A DNA stretch of 64,000 bases from Barthelona sp. PCE. Its lineage: Eukaryota. The position numbers and the translations under genes were made by a program. Below, one piece after another: positions 11,062-22,046 of this stretch. The notes under the pieces are model-generated. The model did no database searches. It was not told the origin of the DNA and saw only the letters and a program-made list of their open reading frames with translations. Positions within the stretch are counted from its first letter, which is position 1; each line of letters begins with the position of its first letter. The stretch spans positions 186,001-250,000 of the forward strand of contig JAUFOR010000002.1 in assembly GCA_040285745.1 (NCBI GenBank), in the 5' to 3' direction.

Positions 11062-11270
11062 TTTAATAAATTTTCTTAGTAGGGATTCAAATTGTGCCCA
11101 GTAAGTCTATTATGTCGGTGCATACTGTAAAGAAATCTATTGAATTGCGGTACATACACGGATGAAATACATTTTACTTAAGGGTGAGTCAAAAAAAAAT
11201 GGCCTAGCCTAAGTCGTTTAGACTATTGATCTTTTATCACTTTTCTACATAGCTTATTAATCGATTTTTG

Positions 11271-12078
11271 ATGGAAGATTTACCTAAACTAACTGGTAAG
11301 TACATTAACTTTCTCAAAATAGACTTTTCAAGATATATCCAAGATTATTATGCTAATAATCTTCTGACAAAAGAAAAGATAGATGTTGACCGTTGCTCAT
11401 CTATTTTATACAATGCTTTGACACGAATGGGTACGTCTGGGCTTGAACCAATTCAAAACGTTATTCTCGCAGTTCTGACATCGCAGCGTAAAAATACTTC
11501 AGGATATGGTTGAAAAGTTTGTCGCTGCTGTCAAAGACAACATAATAGCATTTAGAGAATTTTGTTATGATGTGGATAATAACCGAATCAAATATATTGC
11601 AAAGTATCCTGCAACCATGGGTATCTTTCGTTTATGTGACCGTTTTAGCTGCTGTGGAGAATATGTAATGCCCGAACTACGTGAAGCATTTGAAAATTTT
11701 TTATTGCAGGGTTCTGAAGGAAACTGAAGAAAGAGGATTTCATTCCATTTTTCAACTCGTGGTATGAAGATGAAGCTGCATCGCTCACTGCCATACATTA
11801 TAATTAGAGATGATGTATCCACCACTGTTTTAGATGAATTTGATGACGTTAATAGATTCAAATGGGAGCTCTTGCAGCGACGCAGAAGCGAAAAAGAGGA
11901 AGAAGATGTTGATCAACCTCCTGTTAAAGTACAAAGACTTTCTGGGGGATCTGGTACATATGAATATTTTGATGGTTTAGAAGAATCTGATTCTGACATT
12001 TCAGATTCTGAAAATGATGATTCAATTTGTGAAGATGATAATATTTTTGGAATATACACCTATTCAGAATCCGAATAG
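11271..12078 (+). pseudogene. interrupted reading frame (three tandem ORF fragments), probable pseudogene or unresolved spliced gene
   Basis: ORFs 11271-11513, 11506-11727 and 11764-12078 are on one strand. The first junction needs a frameshift; the second is one in-frame TGA. Confidence 0.35.
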
Positions 12079-12382
12079 TCTACTCTTAAATAGTATTTTT
12101 GAATAATTGTATAAATGAATATTTTTAACGTTCTAATTAAGACTATGTATTACGCCCATGTGTGCTATTCTATGTATATTGACAGAAAACACGGAAGTAA
12201 ACATATTATTATATTTTTTTGATAAGTAGAAATTTTCTCACTTTCCCTCTATTTTTCACATATTCAATGTAAGGCGCTGGTGATCCTCCCTAAATTTTGA
12301 ATTTATTACCTTCCACGGCAAAATTTGAATCCCTATCTTAGTGTTTGTACATTTTCACTCCTTTACATTTTTTTGAGGGGCA

Positions 12383-13303
12383 ATGTCTGTTAAAATTGTT
12401 GGGTCTGCAAATTTAGTTGAGCCTACATATTCAGTTCTTAATGAAGATCACAGTGCATATTTTGCTCCAGATTATAGAACGTTAAATCCTCGTAACGTAC
12501 TTTTGAAGGAGGTATCGATGTTCATGGAGCTGTTTGGGGATGCTTCTCCATCGAAATACTCAATTAATTTTGTATTTGATGTGGTAGATACAGCACTTCG
12601 CCATATGTTGCTTATGTTCAAAGATAAGCAACTCACAGTGGGCGCACTGATGAGAGTACTGCAACTAAAGTCACATAGAGTGTTCTGTCTTTGTTTACAC
12701 GGATACATATCTGCCTTACTTGTTGTTAAGGTTCGTGAAAGTATAAAGAAAGATGAAGACACATTTTCAAATACACTTGACGAGAGCTCTGGTGACCATT
12801 ATGATTTCTTCAAGAAAGAAGTGTGTCGAATGAATCCAATGCCACCCTTTACCAGTTCAACCAGTCCGGATCAGTTTGTTAAGGTTTTGTGGCACCAGAT
12901 GTTTGTGATTTACAATGGATTTTGGAAGTCTAGCTCAATAGATCGCACGGAAATGACGAGAGATGAATTCCTGAGTTGGAATAACTTTAGAACAACAAGC
13001 TTTGTGAGGAACAAGAGAGAAAAGGGTGTATTTGAGGACTGGTTGACAGAGTATTGTACCTTAAATGACGATTTGATGATATGTTTAACACCACTAGTCA
13101 CATTTCTGATAGCTTCAATTGTACAGTGTACAGTGAAAAGAATTCGTCCCAAATACTCTTTATTTCCACTTCAATTCCGCTCAGAGCAGGCCAGTGTCTC
13201 AATCGAAGAGTATATGGTCTCTGTTGAAGTTCTAAAATTGTCGTCAGAGCTATTTAGATTTGTTGAAGTGAGCTTGGAAGAAGACGAAGAGGATGAGTTT
13301 TAG
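12383..13303 (+). CDS. SPT3: SAGA subunit Spt3 (TFIID-18kDa family)
   Basis: N-terminal EVSMFMELFGD histone-fold-like segment; RTEMTRDEFLSWNNFRTTSF...FEDW resembles Spt3 RTxxMTxEEYxxWxxxRQASF...FRxW. Confidence 0.7.
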   Translation: MSVKIVGSANLVEPTYSVLNEDHSAYFAPDYRTLNPRNVLLKEVSMFMELFGDASPSKYSINFVFDVVDTALRHMLLMFKDKQLTVGALMRVLQLKSHRVFCLCLHGYISALLVVKVRESIKKDEDTFSNTLDESSGDHYDFFKKEVCRMNPMPPFTSSTSPDQFVKVLWHQMFVIYNGFWKSSSIDRTEMTRDEFLSWNNFRTTSFVRNKREKGVFEDWLTEYCTLNDDLMICLTPLVTFLIASIVQCTVKRIRPKYSLFPLQFRSEQASVSIEEYMVSVEVLKLSSELFRFVEVSLEEDEEDEF

Positions 13304-14277
13304 TTACCCATGTTATTCACAAGTGTCTGAAGGTTGTCTCTAAAAGCTGGGCTAGGGTAACCAGAGATGTTGAATACGCTCATGTATAAAGGCAGCACTT
13401 CAACAAGAATTTCTGGGAAGCAGTGCATTCTTGCATTCAAAAGAATGTCGGGTATAAGAACTGAGCAGTCAATTACGAACAGAAATATGGTGGTTAGTTC
13501 ATATCTTTGTAATTGTGAACTCGTGATCCTTAGAATGAAACTAAGAAGTTTTTTTTGAACTCGGTGTGATCCTTTGCACTGTGCTAATTCTGTCATGCAA
13601 TGCATGATGTCCCCAAAGGCATTGTGGGGTAACTTGTGGTGTGAGTATGAGTAGTATTCCATTACTGTCTCCAGACATGTCAGTTCTTCCAATGTGCATT
13701 GTGTTATTTTCTTCAGCTTACTGTCAATGAGATCGATTGAATCGCTGTTTAGCGGGGGGAGTAGTGCAGTCAGCATTTTCAATGAGTTGTATGGCATTAT
13801 TTGACGAAACCCAAAAGGCACCGTTCTATAGAAGTCGTTCAGGAACGTATGCATGTGCGGACAGTGGATGAGTGCTGCACACGTTAGTGATATGCTTGGG
13901 TAATTGGAAGCGGTTTTTATAAGGTGTTTTGTCTGCCGCCGAGTAGGAGAATGTTTATAATTCGTAATTTCTGACCATTCCAAAAGGGTTTCTCGTATCA
14001 ATTCGGTAGATTTTGGAACAGATTGAACCGGTTTTTGTGATTTTGTGTGAATGTTGCGAATTTTCTTTAGACGTTTATACATATGAAGATTTTGAAAGGC
14101 TTCGTCGCACATACATACAACGCTATTATCCATATCAAGCGCGTTTCTGCTAACTAAGAAGTTGATTGTTAGGAAATCACGGAACTGAAAATTTTTAACA
14201 TCATTCAAGATGCTTAGCATTAAAGAAGATTGTTTTTGGAGTCTATGCGCTACTAAATTATTGAATAACTCCGACAT
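13300..14277 (-). CDS. hypothetical protein (helical)
   Basis: 325 aa ATG-initiated ORF filling the gap between neighbours; no family recognised. Confidence 0.7.
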   Translation of the reverse strand: MSELFNNLVAHRLQKQSSLMLSILNDVKNFQFRDFLTINFLVSRNALDMDNSVVCMCDEAFQNLHMYKRLKKIRNIHTKSQKPVQSVPKSTELIRETLLEWSEITNYKHSPTRRQTKHLIKTASNYPSISLTCAALIHCPHMHTFLNDFYRTVPFGFRQIMPYNSLKMLTALLPPLNSDSIDLIDSKLKKITQCTLEELTCLETVMEYYSYSHHKLPHNAFGDIMHCMTELAQCKGSHRVQKKLLSFILRITSSQLQRYELTTIFLFVIDCSVLIPDILLNARMHCFPEILVEVLPLYMSVFNISGYPSPAFRDNLQTLVNNMGN

Positions 14278-14484
14278 AGATGTTTAGAGTTAGATTTAAC
14301 AATAAAATGGTGTGAAAAATGTGAAGGCAGGTTTTTTTTGCAGCCACTCGTATTTACTCATATTAAGAGCTTTTAAGGATGCACCATTTTTTTAAAAGTT
14401 TCTGCAAACATGAAACTAAGCAGTTGAACATGATATAACATTTTCCACTTTTTTTCCTTAAGTCAACTGTATCTAGCCGTTGCA

Positions 14485-16506
14485 ATGTATAACAAAAAGC
14501 CAATGCAGCGTTCACGTAGCTCCTTGAAACAGACAGATCTTGCTGTAGGGAAAGTACGTCGTTCTAACAGTGCACGTCCTAGTTCGACCACATCAGGATC
14601 TGGGAATGAGTCGAACGTCGGTCAGCGCCTCCTTAAAGTTAGGAAGAGATCAGAAGAGCGTATTGCAAAGGGGAAGAAAGATCGAATGGCTGGCGGTAAT
14701 TCGGTTGAGCTCTTCCGTGAGTTTGGAAATGAATTTTCTGAGCTAATTGGCGAGTTTGGCAACACAGAAGTCCCTGTTCCCTCTGCCCATAAACAGTTGA
14801 AAAACCGTGTTACAATTTGTGCCAGAAAACGTCCTCTTCTTCGTAAGGAGATTACCAATGGTCACTTTGATTCAATTATTTGTTCAAACCCATATGTATA
14901 TATTTTGGAAGGTATTTTGGGCAGATCTCTTTCACCTGATATTAAAAAGCATGTTGTTAATCTGGATCACTCATTTGACGAAGGTGATGACAACAACAAG
15001 GTATATACAAGCGTTTGCTATCCTCTACTCGAGAGGCTGTTAAATTCACCACCTGATAATGGTCGTAACGCAGCGACTATTTTCGCTTACGGACAAACAT
15101 CTTCGGGTAAGACATACACCATTGCTGGACTACAATACCGCATCGCAGCAGATGTCTTCACGCTCATGCCTGAGGGATTCACATGTCTTGTGAGCTATTT
15201 CGAGGTTGATGGTAATGAACTTTTTGACTTACTCAATGAAAAGCAAGCGTTGGCGTGTCGTGAGAACAGCGAGGGTGAAACGGTGATCCCAGGTCTTATG
15301 AAGGTGCGTGTTGAGGATGCTTCGGACTTGCTCTCTCTTTTGGAGTACGGTTCGAACTATCGTCGAACCGACAGTACCAACAGAAACTCTGGCTCATCTC
15401 GCACACATGCTGTGTGCACTTTGCACTTTTTTAGCGATACAGCATCTGAGTTTGGCAAGTTTCACTTTGTCGATCTGGCCGGTTCTGAACGTGCTAATGA
15501 CGCATTGTTTCACAACAAGGAGCAGACCAATCAGATGGTTAAGATCAACAGATCGCTCAGTGCGCTTGCAGAGTGTGTGCGTCGTGTAGCTGAGGGTAAG
15601 TCTGCTCGCACAGCATTCCGTCAATCATTACTTACAATGATTCTTAAAGATTGTTTTGCCAACAATAAGCATTCGCTTACCATCATCGGCTGTGTTACTC
15701 CATCATGTATGGATGTCAAGCACAGTTTGACAACTCTGCGTTTTTTGAGTCGTGCTAAGCCAAGTGAGAAGAGTGAGACAGCGGTTAAGCTCCCCAGTAA
15801 TTGGACCAAGGGACAGGTTAATAATTTCATTCGTGTTCTTCTGACAGAGTACATGAAAGAAACTCACAAGTATAGAAATAATCCTCGTAAGGAAGAGATT
15901 TTGAATGAAACTTGTAGCTTGTTCAATATGGCAGGAGGTCGCTTTTCTCATTTAACAGAGTCAGAATTTTTGAACATCTGTCCTGATTTTGGTGCAATTT
16001 TATATGAAGAAATCAACATAGTGAATTTGAAGATGAAGAAGGAATTGATGAAGTTAAGAAAAGCACCAAAAAAGTGTGATATTGAGATGCATCTTGTCAA
16101 TGATTGTGTTAACGTATGTGATATTTGCAATTATATCAGTTGTGAAGGGAATGATGATGCACTTCCAACCAGCGTAAATGATGGCAAAAAAGCCACATTA
16201 CTTGCTGCAAAGAAATATATGAAAACAAGGAATTATGACATGCATTTTAAAATAGAAGATCCTGATTTGCTTCGTTGTGTTGATTTCATGGGTGTTTTAG
16301 ACGGCCGTCTTGTATTTATTGTTCCAGCAGCTGATATGGATTATTTTCAGAACGTTATCATCACAAAAGATTATATCAAAAACTTTATTTTCTCGATGCT
16401 TTCTCCATTTGCTCCAGACGATAGTGGTTGCATCCGTGTTGGTAATATTAAGGGTCCAGTTGCCCGTTCTACATGCGTTTTGTTAATTCAGAATGATGTA
16501 GATTAG
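14485..16506 (+). CDS. kinesin-13-like motor protein
   Basis: Internal motor domain: ICARKRP, FAYGQTSSGKT, SSRTHA, FVDLAGSER, INRSLSALAEC, HSLTTLR. Confidence 0.9.
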   Translation: MYNKKPMQRSRSSLKQTDLAVGKVRRSNSARPSSTTSGSGNESNVGQRLLKVRKRSEERIAKGKKDRMAGGNSVELFREFGNEFSELIGEFGNTEVPVPSAHKQLKNRVTICARKRPLLRKEITNGHFDSIICSNPYVYILEGILGRSLSPDIKKHVVNLDHSFDEGDDNNKVYTSVCYPLLERLLNSPPDNGRNAATIFAYGQTSSGKTYTIAGLQYRIAADVFTLMPEGFTCLVSYFEVDGNELFDLLNEKQALACRENSEGETVIPGLMKVRVEDASDLLSLLEYGSNYRRTDSTNRNSGSSRTHAVCTLHFFSDTASEFGKFHFVDLAGSERANDALFHNKEQTNQMVKINRSLSALAECVRRVAEGKSARTAFRQSLLTMILKDCFANNKHSLTIIGCVTPSCMDVKHSLTTLRFLSRAKPSEKSETAVKLPSNWTKGQVNNFIRVLLTEYMKETHKYRNNPRKEEILNETCSLFNMAGGRFSHLTESEFLNICPDFGAILYEEINIVNLKMKKELMKLRKAPKKCDIEMHLVNDCVNVCDICNYISCEGNDDALPTSVNDGKKATLLAAKKYMKTRNYDMHFKIEDPDLLRCVDFMGVLDGRLVFIVPAADMDYFQNVIITKDYIKNFIFSMLSPFAPDDSGCIRVGNIKGPVARSTCVLLIQNDVD

Positions 16507-16541
16507 TAAATTTTGATAACGCATTTTCATCCTTTTTCATA

Positions 16542-17102
16542 ATGATTAATCCGGCAGAAGCATTCATCACGTCGGCAATTGTTGGGGGCGTTGTAATATT
16601 TTTGATTATTGTGATATTAAGCAGAAGAAGATACACTAAACCTGTATATGAGGCTTTAAGCAAGGAACTAGCAGAGTTTCCGGAGGAATTTCGTGCCAAG
16701 GCCTCGGAATCTGTAAGAGATAATAAGAATTTCCTTGTCAACTCTTGCCACCCACACATTTATGAGAGTTTGCAACCGGGATTTGGATTTGCAACGGACA
16801 CAACACAGAGTTACACAGTTTTGAACTTCAGAAAGGTTCTTAAGGAAAGCATATTGCTCCTTGAACGAACATTACGAACAAACAATGTGCTTTATGGTGT
16901 TAATTCTTCAGAAAGCTCAGCGCAGTATCTAAAACGTATTCAATCATTGTCTATTGGTACAATTAGTGAAAAGCACATTGATATTTATTCAAGTGGCTTG
17001 GAGAAAGCTTTATATTCTAATGATGTAATAACTGAACAAGAATTTAAAGAAGCGTACAAGAGCTTTGTTGCTATTCGTAATGTTATTCGTGAAGGAGACT
17101 AA
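16542..17102 (+). CDS. single-pass membrane protein, possibly NICE-3/DLT1-like
   Basis: N-terminal TM; C-terminal YL...IDIY...EKALYS...ITEQEF pattern. Confidence 0.5.
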   Translation: MINPAEAFITSAIVGGVVIFLIIVILSRRRYTKPVYEALSKELAEFPEEFRAKASESVRDNKNFLVNSCHPHIYESLQPGFGFATDTTQSYTVLNFRKVLKESILLLERTLRTNNVLYGVNSSESSAQYLKRIQSLSIGTISEKHIDIYSSGLEKALYSNDVITEQEFKEAYKSFVAIRNVIREGD

Positions 17103-17223
17103 ATGACTTTATTGGTATTAATAGAATTATAACGATTGTATTGCACCACTTGTGAATATAAATTATTGATTGTGCAAGTGGTTCATCTTTAAAGATATAA
17201 GCCGAGGAGAAAAAGGTGTAAAT

Positions 17224-17967
17224 CTATGTTTTGTCAACTAGGTGCTTGTGTCCAGAGCAATGCCAAGATGTAGGTGAAACTGTGATGCCTGACTCTGTTT
17301 CCACTGTTCTGAACGCACATTGGCAGCAATAGCCACGTGCCCCTCGCTTAGAGTCCATAATAGCACGTATAACTCCTTTGTTCGGATAATTGTTTCGGAA
17401 AAAAGTTACTGAACACTCTGAAGAAAACAATAAATTATCAAATATCAAAACTGGGAAGCAGCACTTTGAGCAGCGTAACTCATCACAACATGTATCTGTA
17501 TCAATAATTGTGTTTTCTCCAAGAAGTACTGTAGCACCGCCAAGAGTGGTTTTAAAACAGTATGATGTGAGGCCAGATACTTCGTTCACCTCTTCCAGGT
17601 CACTTACATTATGATCTGTCTCAGTTTCACCAATATCTTCCATTAATTCAGATAAGTCATTCATAAAGCTATCGTAAATACTGGGATGTCCCATAAAAGA
17701 CGTCCCAGATGAGTTGTATGATGAAGAAGGAGTTGGATGTTGTTTGGAATTACCTCCAAAACCTCTTTCATACATACATGGTGGTGAGAAAGGCTCACTT
17801 ACGCCATGCTCAATTGTAAAATTGTCCAATTCCATCGGAGTTCCAACATCTAAAAAGCTTTCAGAGTTAAACATCATATGATTGCCATCATTTTGGTTCC
17901 CCAATCCGTCTGAAGGATGATCGATCATATCAATGAACGAGTCAAGGTCATCCATCTCAAACGTCAT
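17224..17967 (-). CDS. CFAP418: cilia/flagella-associated protein CFAP418 (C8orf37, RMP domain)
   Basis: DDLDSFI N-terminus; C...LGG...CDELRCSKC.FPV...FFRNNYP...RGYCCQC..R...WHC.GH. First ATG at 17967. Confidence 0.85.
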   Translation of the reverse strand: MTFEMDDLDSFIDMIDHPSDGLGNQNDGNHMMFNSESFLDVGTPMELDNFTIEHGVSEPFSPPCMYERGFGGNSKQHPTPSSSYNSSGTSFMGHPSIYDSFMNDLSELMEDIGETETDHNVSDLEEVNEVSGLTSYCFKTTLGGATVLLGENTIIDTDTCCDELRCSKCCFPVLIFDNLLFSSECSVTFFRNNYPNKGVIRAIMDSKRGARGYCCQCAFRTVETESGITVSPTSWHCSGHKHLVDKT

Positions 17968-18157
17968 CTTCTGAAAAGTGTGAGAAATGCAATTGCGTAG
18001 TGGCCAAATCGGAAAATATAGCACCAAATAGTGTTGTTCGATTTTAAAGTTCTGGCTGCTAAACTCGCAATTCAAAAGCTTAACAGCCAGGACTTATGAT
18101 CCTTATTTCATCAAAACAATGTTTTTCATTTTTTCCACATTTACACTGCATAAAACA

Positions 18158-19054
18158 ATGGCTGAGACAGAAGAAGAGCCTCACAATCTTGCAAACAACA
18201 CAGCCTTTGAATTGGACTGTCAGGGCAATGCGCAAAAGAAAATCGAAACCCAGAAGCCAAAAGGGTTTATATACCCTAATGGGCAGACTGTAATGGAGAC
18301 AGAGACCGCATTGCGCAAGTTACCATCGCTAAATGAGGTCCAATCTAGACCTATTCGCGGAGGAAATTTTAACAGCTATTTATCAGCTGATACGATTATA
18401 GAACACGCCAATGAGATATTTGGGTCCACTGGATATTCGATTCGTGTTATGGAGCTCAAACAAGATCATCTTGAAGAAAAAGTTGATGATAAGGGGTTGA
18501 CACGCTACTCATTGATAGCACATGCTGTGATAAGGGTGACTTTTGCAAATGGGTGCATTAAAGAGAACGTGGGCATTGGAAAATTCGGTAATACAAAGGA
18601 ACTTGCTGCTGCAATAGATAAAGCTTATAAGGAAGCAGTAACGGATGGAATTAAACGATGCTTAAGGCCAATGGGTAGCTACCTCGGCCATGCCTTGGAC
18701 GAAAACAAAATTAAAGCAGAGAACAGAAGAGTTGCTGATATTCGAACAAAGAAATTGCAGTCAGTTATGGGTGGTGCAGGAGTACCAACATTGAATAATT
18801 TAAAGGGAAACCCTGTAGGGAGGCGGAGAGAGGCACCTAAGTTTACAACAAAACAGATAAAAGATGTGAAACCGATGCAAGCGGTGAAACCCATGAAGGC
18901 TATGCAACCTGCATTACCAACAGAGACAAAACCTCGGATGAAGGAAGAGGTAGTGTACAGCGATGTAAGTGACAGTGAAGATGAAGAGTTTATTCCAACA
19001 AACAAAAAAGAGAAGAAACCAAAATTGCAGTTTTCAATGTCAGACAGTGAATAG
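18158..19054 (+). CDS. RAD52: Rad52/22 family DNA annealing protein
   Basis: YL...IIEHANEIFG..GYS...IRVT..NG...E.VG.G...KAYKEAVTDGIKRCLR..G..LG. Confidence 0.9.
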   Translation: MAETEEEPHNLANNTAFELDCQGNAQKKIETQKPKGFIYPNGQTVMETETALRKLPSLNEVQSRPIRGGNFNSYLSADTIIEHANEIFGSTGYSIRVMELKQDHLEEKVDDKGLTRYSLIAHAVIRVTFANGCIKENVGIGKFGNTKELAAAIDKAYKEAVTDGIKRCLRPMGSYLGHALDENKIKAENRRVADIRTKKLQSVMGGAGVPTLNNLKGNPVGRRREAPKFTTKQIKDVKPMQAVKPMKAMQPALPTETKPRMKEEVVYSDVSDSEDEEFIPTNKKEKKPKLQFSMSDSE

Positions 19055-19115
19055 CAATTATAGTCACACATCACCAGGACCAGGAAACTTGGATCAGTGT
19101 TAAAAAATAAAATTT

Positions 19116-19484
19116 TTAGATAGTTAATGAGAAAACAGAGTTAGTGATGAACCATTCTCCATCATCATCCTCTAAAAGATGGAAAAATTCAGCAAAAGCA
19201 AGAGGGGTGTCGTCATCATCGTCCATAACAACGTGACCAGTGACCAAAATATTGACACCATCACCAACAGAAGGCTGACCATCGCAGTTGCTGACGTGAT
19301 GCTCAATAGTCTTGTATTGAACAGTTTCCTCGAGATGGTGCTTGATTTCCTTGGGACCCTCGAGTGAAGTACCTGTGTACGTCATGTATGAACCATCACG
19401 ATAAAATGAACATATATCAGTTCTATCTTCCCCATCAAAGACATCATAGTAGGCCTTAACGAATTCGTCAACGAAGTCTTCCAT
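19116..19484 (-). CDS. NTF2: nuclear transport factor 2
   Basis: FV..YY.VFD...R.....Y...S.MT..G....G...I, DGQP, ILVTG, F.EFFHL, WFITN.VF. Confidence 0.88.
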   Translation of the reverse strand: MEDFVDEFVKAYYDVFDGEDRTDICSFYRDGSYMTYTGTSLEGPKEIKHHLEETVQYKTIEHHVSNCDGQPSVGDGVNILVTGHVVMDDDDDTPLAFAEFFHLLEDDDGEWFITNSVFSLTI

Positions 19485-19525
19485 TGTTATGTTTTGAAGA
19501 AAGTGGAAAAAAAATTTCTACTTGT

Positions 19526-19933
19526 ATGATAGTGCGGTTTGACGTTATCAGTGCTCATTCGGGCGTTACACTATTCACAACTTCAGACGACCATCGGAAT
19601 TTTATTGGAAAGGTTGTTTTATCGATGATACACATTTCTCGACAGTTTTCAAGCAAATTTCATGGTGCTCAGTTTGATGATTCATCTTCGCTTGTTACTG
19701 CTGAGCAGGGGGAACTCATTGGATCACTTATTTATAATGATAGGGCAACTCATAAAGAGGTTGAACAATATATTCAGCTTTTGGAAAGCAATTTGTATCG
19801 TTTTAACCGTGAAAATGGTGGTAAAGTAGGTGGACTAGCACAGTTAATTGATCGAGTTGATCAAAGAAATGAGAAACAAGCAGTTGAAGAGCTACTTTCA
19901 AATTTTTCAAATTTCATGTTTAAAGAAGATTAA
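19526..19933 (+). CDS. small hypothetical protein (possible longin-like fold)
   Basis: ATG-initiated ORF divergent from NTF2; VISAHSGVTLF beta-hairpin followed by a helix. Confidence 0.55.
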   Translation: MIVRFDVISAHSGVTLFTTSDDHRNFIGKVVLSMIHISRQFSSKFHGAQFDDSSSLVTAEQGELIGSLIYNDRATHKEVEQYIQLLESNLYRFNRENGGKVGGLAQLIDRVDQRNEKQAVEELLSNFSNFMFKED

Positions 19934-20559
19934 AGACCTGTAAGGAATGACATCAGATCAGATTTTTGTTCCTTTGTTTCTTGCTTTAGAAGTTTCTTTT
20001 TTTTAGAATTTTGCTTCTTTTTTAAAGTCTTCTCCATAATTTGTTGTGATGTAGTCATCTTCTGCTTAGCTTTCTGCTTGACTGACGAATTTTTATGATG
20101 TTTATGATGTGGTTTAGTAAACTTTTGTGTAGAGTGACCGATTTTCTTTTTCAAGGCTCGTTCTTCCTTCTCTGCCTTACTCTCAATTGCCACAAACGCG
20201 CGATGTCGCATGTATTGCTTTGATTGAGCCCGTAAAAATGTTGTTTCACCACAAGAAATACATTTCACACATCTATAAACCTCATCCATTCCATCACGTG
20301 TCTCTCTCTTGCGCTTTGCGGTTAATTGGAACAAGTGTCCACATTTATGACAGTTATGACGCAGACAGTTATCTGATAACTGAATATTGTTCAATTCGCT
20401 TCGTTGTCTAATACTTTCAAAAGCAATCGTGCTTAAAACCCCCAAAGACTCATTACCAAGTGTATTGTTGAGCCGTACAAGTGCTTGAATATTGGATAAA
20501 TATTCTAAATCCACAAAAAGTTCCTTTTTCGTTCGAGAGTCAATCTCTTCTGCTTGCAT
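19930..20559 (-). CDS. RNase P/MRP subunit Rpp21/Rpr2/Snm1-like with basic tail
   Basis: LEYL...LRHNCHKCG...VKCISCG zinc ribbon; Lys-rich C-terminus. Confidence 0.65.
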   Translation of the reverse strand: MQAEEIDSRTKKELFVDLEYLSNIQALVRLNNTLGNESLGVLSTIAFESIRQRSELNNIQLSDNCLRHNCHKCGHLFQLTAKRKRETRDGMDEVYRCVKCISCGETTFLRAQSKQYMRHRAFVAIESKAEKEERALKKKIGHSTQKFTKPHHKHHKNSSVKQKAKQKMTTSQQIMEKTLKKKQNSKKKKLLKQETKEQKSDLMSFLTGL

Positions 20560-20606
20560 TCGGTACTTCCGTAACGGTAACCTTGAAAAATAACTGAAAA
20601 GGGACT

Positions 20607-22046
20607 TTACACGAATAGCAGGGATTTGATACGTTCTATACAATTCTCTCTGTTAAGTGATCCAAAATCAAACAAACTGATATGCTCCGGAGCACAGGGT
20701 TTGTTTAACACCTCTAATACTCGCAATAATGCAATTTTATCCAACTCATTGGGAATATTATCAATCTTAAAAGTGTTGAAGCAATTTAAGAAGTCAGTCA
20801 CTCGATTCAGTGAATGATATACCAGGCTAAGGTTCAATATTGTTGATTTTGAGTTTGGAAATACCTTCAAAACAGCATTACCCATGCTAACACATTTTGC
20901 CCAATGACCACAACTATAAAACCGGCGTATGGCACTCTCATATGAACTCTGGATCTCCTCAACCACATCACTTGCCCAGACAATAAAAGACTTGACATCT
21001 TCATTTGCAGTATTAAAACCTGAAACTAAGCTTAGAGCAGTTTTTAAACTTTTTGCGCATTTTAAATGTACATTTTTTTTAAATAAAAGCATACACTTCA
21101 CTCTCTGCACTCTCAAATGTAACGTTAGCATATCAATACTACATTGTTCAATTGATGCATTGTTTTTCCTTAAAAATTCAGAAAATGTGTTTTCCGCTAA
21201 GCCAATTTTTTTAAATGCTTTTTCCAGATTATTTTTCTTGATGTAGGCAACAGAACAATTAAGACACGCAACACAAACATTACCTGGACCTCCCTGATTC
21301 TGAGTGATTACAGTTTCATACATCTCAATCGCATTGATAATATTTCCAGCTCTAAAGAGGTTGTCAGCACGTCTCTTGAGCATCTCTTCAGCAAAGGATC
21401 CTTCATATTGGGGAATAAGTGTTTCAGGAACACTAGCTCTTGCGTGTACATTAGGGTTTGTTTCTGTTAATTTAATCTTCTTTATCCGGCCTTTGCGGAC
21501 TGGAATTGCTTCCCTTTCAGCCTCTGTACTAGTGTTATACGTTACTTTATGTTTTAAAGCCTCTTCTTGCCATTTACGTAGCTCTTCAGCTAATTTTTCC
21601 ATTTCTTGCTTCTTTTTTTCCTCGTTTCTGGCCCTGTCTTCTTTTTCCAGATCCCACTGTCTGTGAAATTCTTCATTTTTAAGTCGATCATACTCTTCCC
21701 TCTTTGTTTGAGTGATCTGCTCCTGCAACTCAATATATTTCTCAACAGAAGCCGCACGTCTAGCCGCACGCTCCTCTTCAGGGCACTTATGTATCAATTC
21801 ATCCCACATACGGTTAACCCTCTTTTCTAGGACAATAACCAGCTCACTTGGTCGTAATATAATGTTTGTGTTTGAACTGTTGATCTCAGCTTTAAGATCT
21901 AACGTTAATAAATAGTTTTCAAACGACACTGAAAGAAAAAGTTCTGAAGGTAGAACATTAAGGCCCTCTTTTCTAACGCCAATAATTGAAATAACAAGTG
22001 TTAAATCCCGCAAGGACTCCGACCATGTGTACTTTGGAGTTACCAT
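20607..22046 (-). CDS. DNAAF4: dynein axonemal assembly factor 4 (DYX1C1), CS + coiled-coil + TPR
   Basis: YTW.ES CS-domain start, LEK....WDEL, charged coiled coil, LKRRADNLFRAGN...AI..Y TPR. Confidence 0.82.
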   Translation of the reverse strand: MVTPKYTWSESLRDLTLVISIIGVRKEGLNVLPSELFLSVSFENYLLTLDLKAEINSSNTNIILRPSELVIVLEKRVNRMWDELIHKCPEEERAARRAASVEKYIELQEQITQTKREEYDRLKNEEFHRQWDLEKEDRARNEEKKKQEMEKLAEELRKWQEEALKHKVTYNTSTEAEREAIPVRKGRIKKIKLTETNPNVHARASVPETLIPQYEGSFAEEMLKRRADNLFRAGNIINAIEMYETVITQNQGGPGNVCVACLNCSVAYIKKNNLEKAFKKIGLAENTFSEFLRKNNASIEQCSIDMLTLHLRVQRVKCMLLFKKNVHLKCAKSLKTALSLVSGFNTANEDVKSFIVWASDVVEEIQSSYESAIRRFYSCGHWAKCVSMGNAVLKVFPNSKSTILNLSLVYHSLNRVTDFLNCFNTFKIDNIPNELDKIALLRVLEVLNKPCAPEHISLFDFGSLNRENCIERIKSLLFV

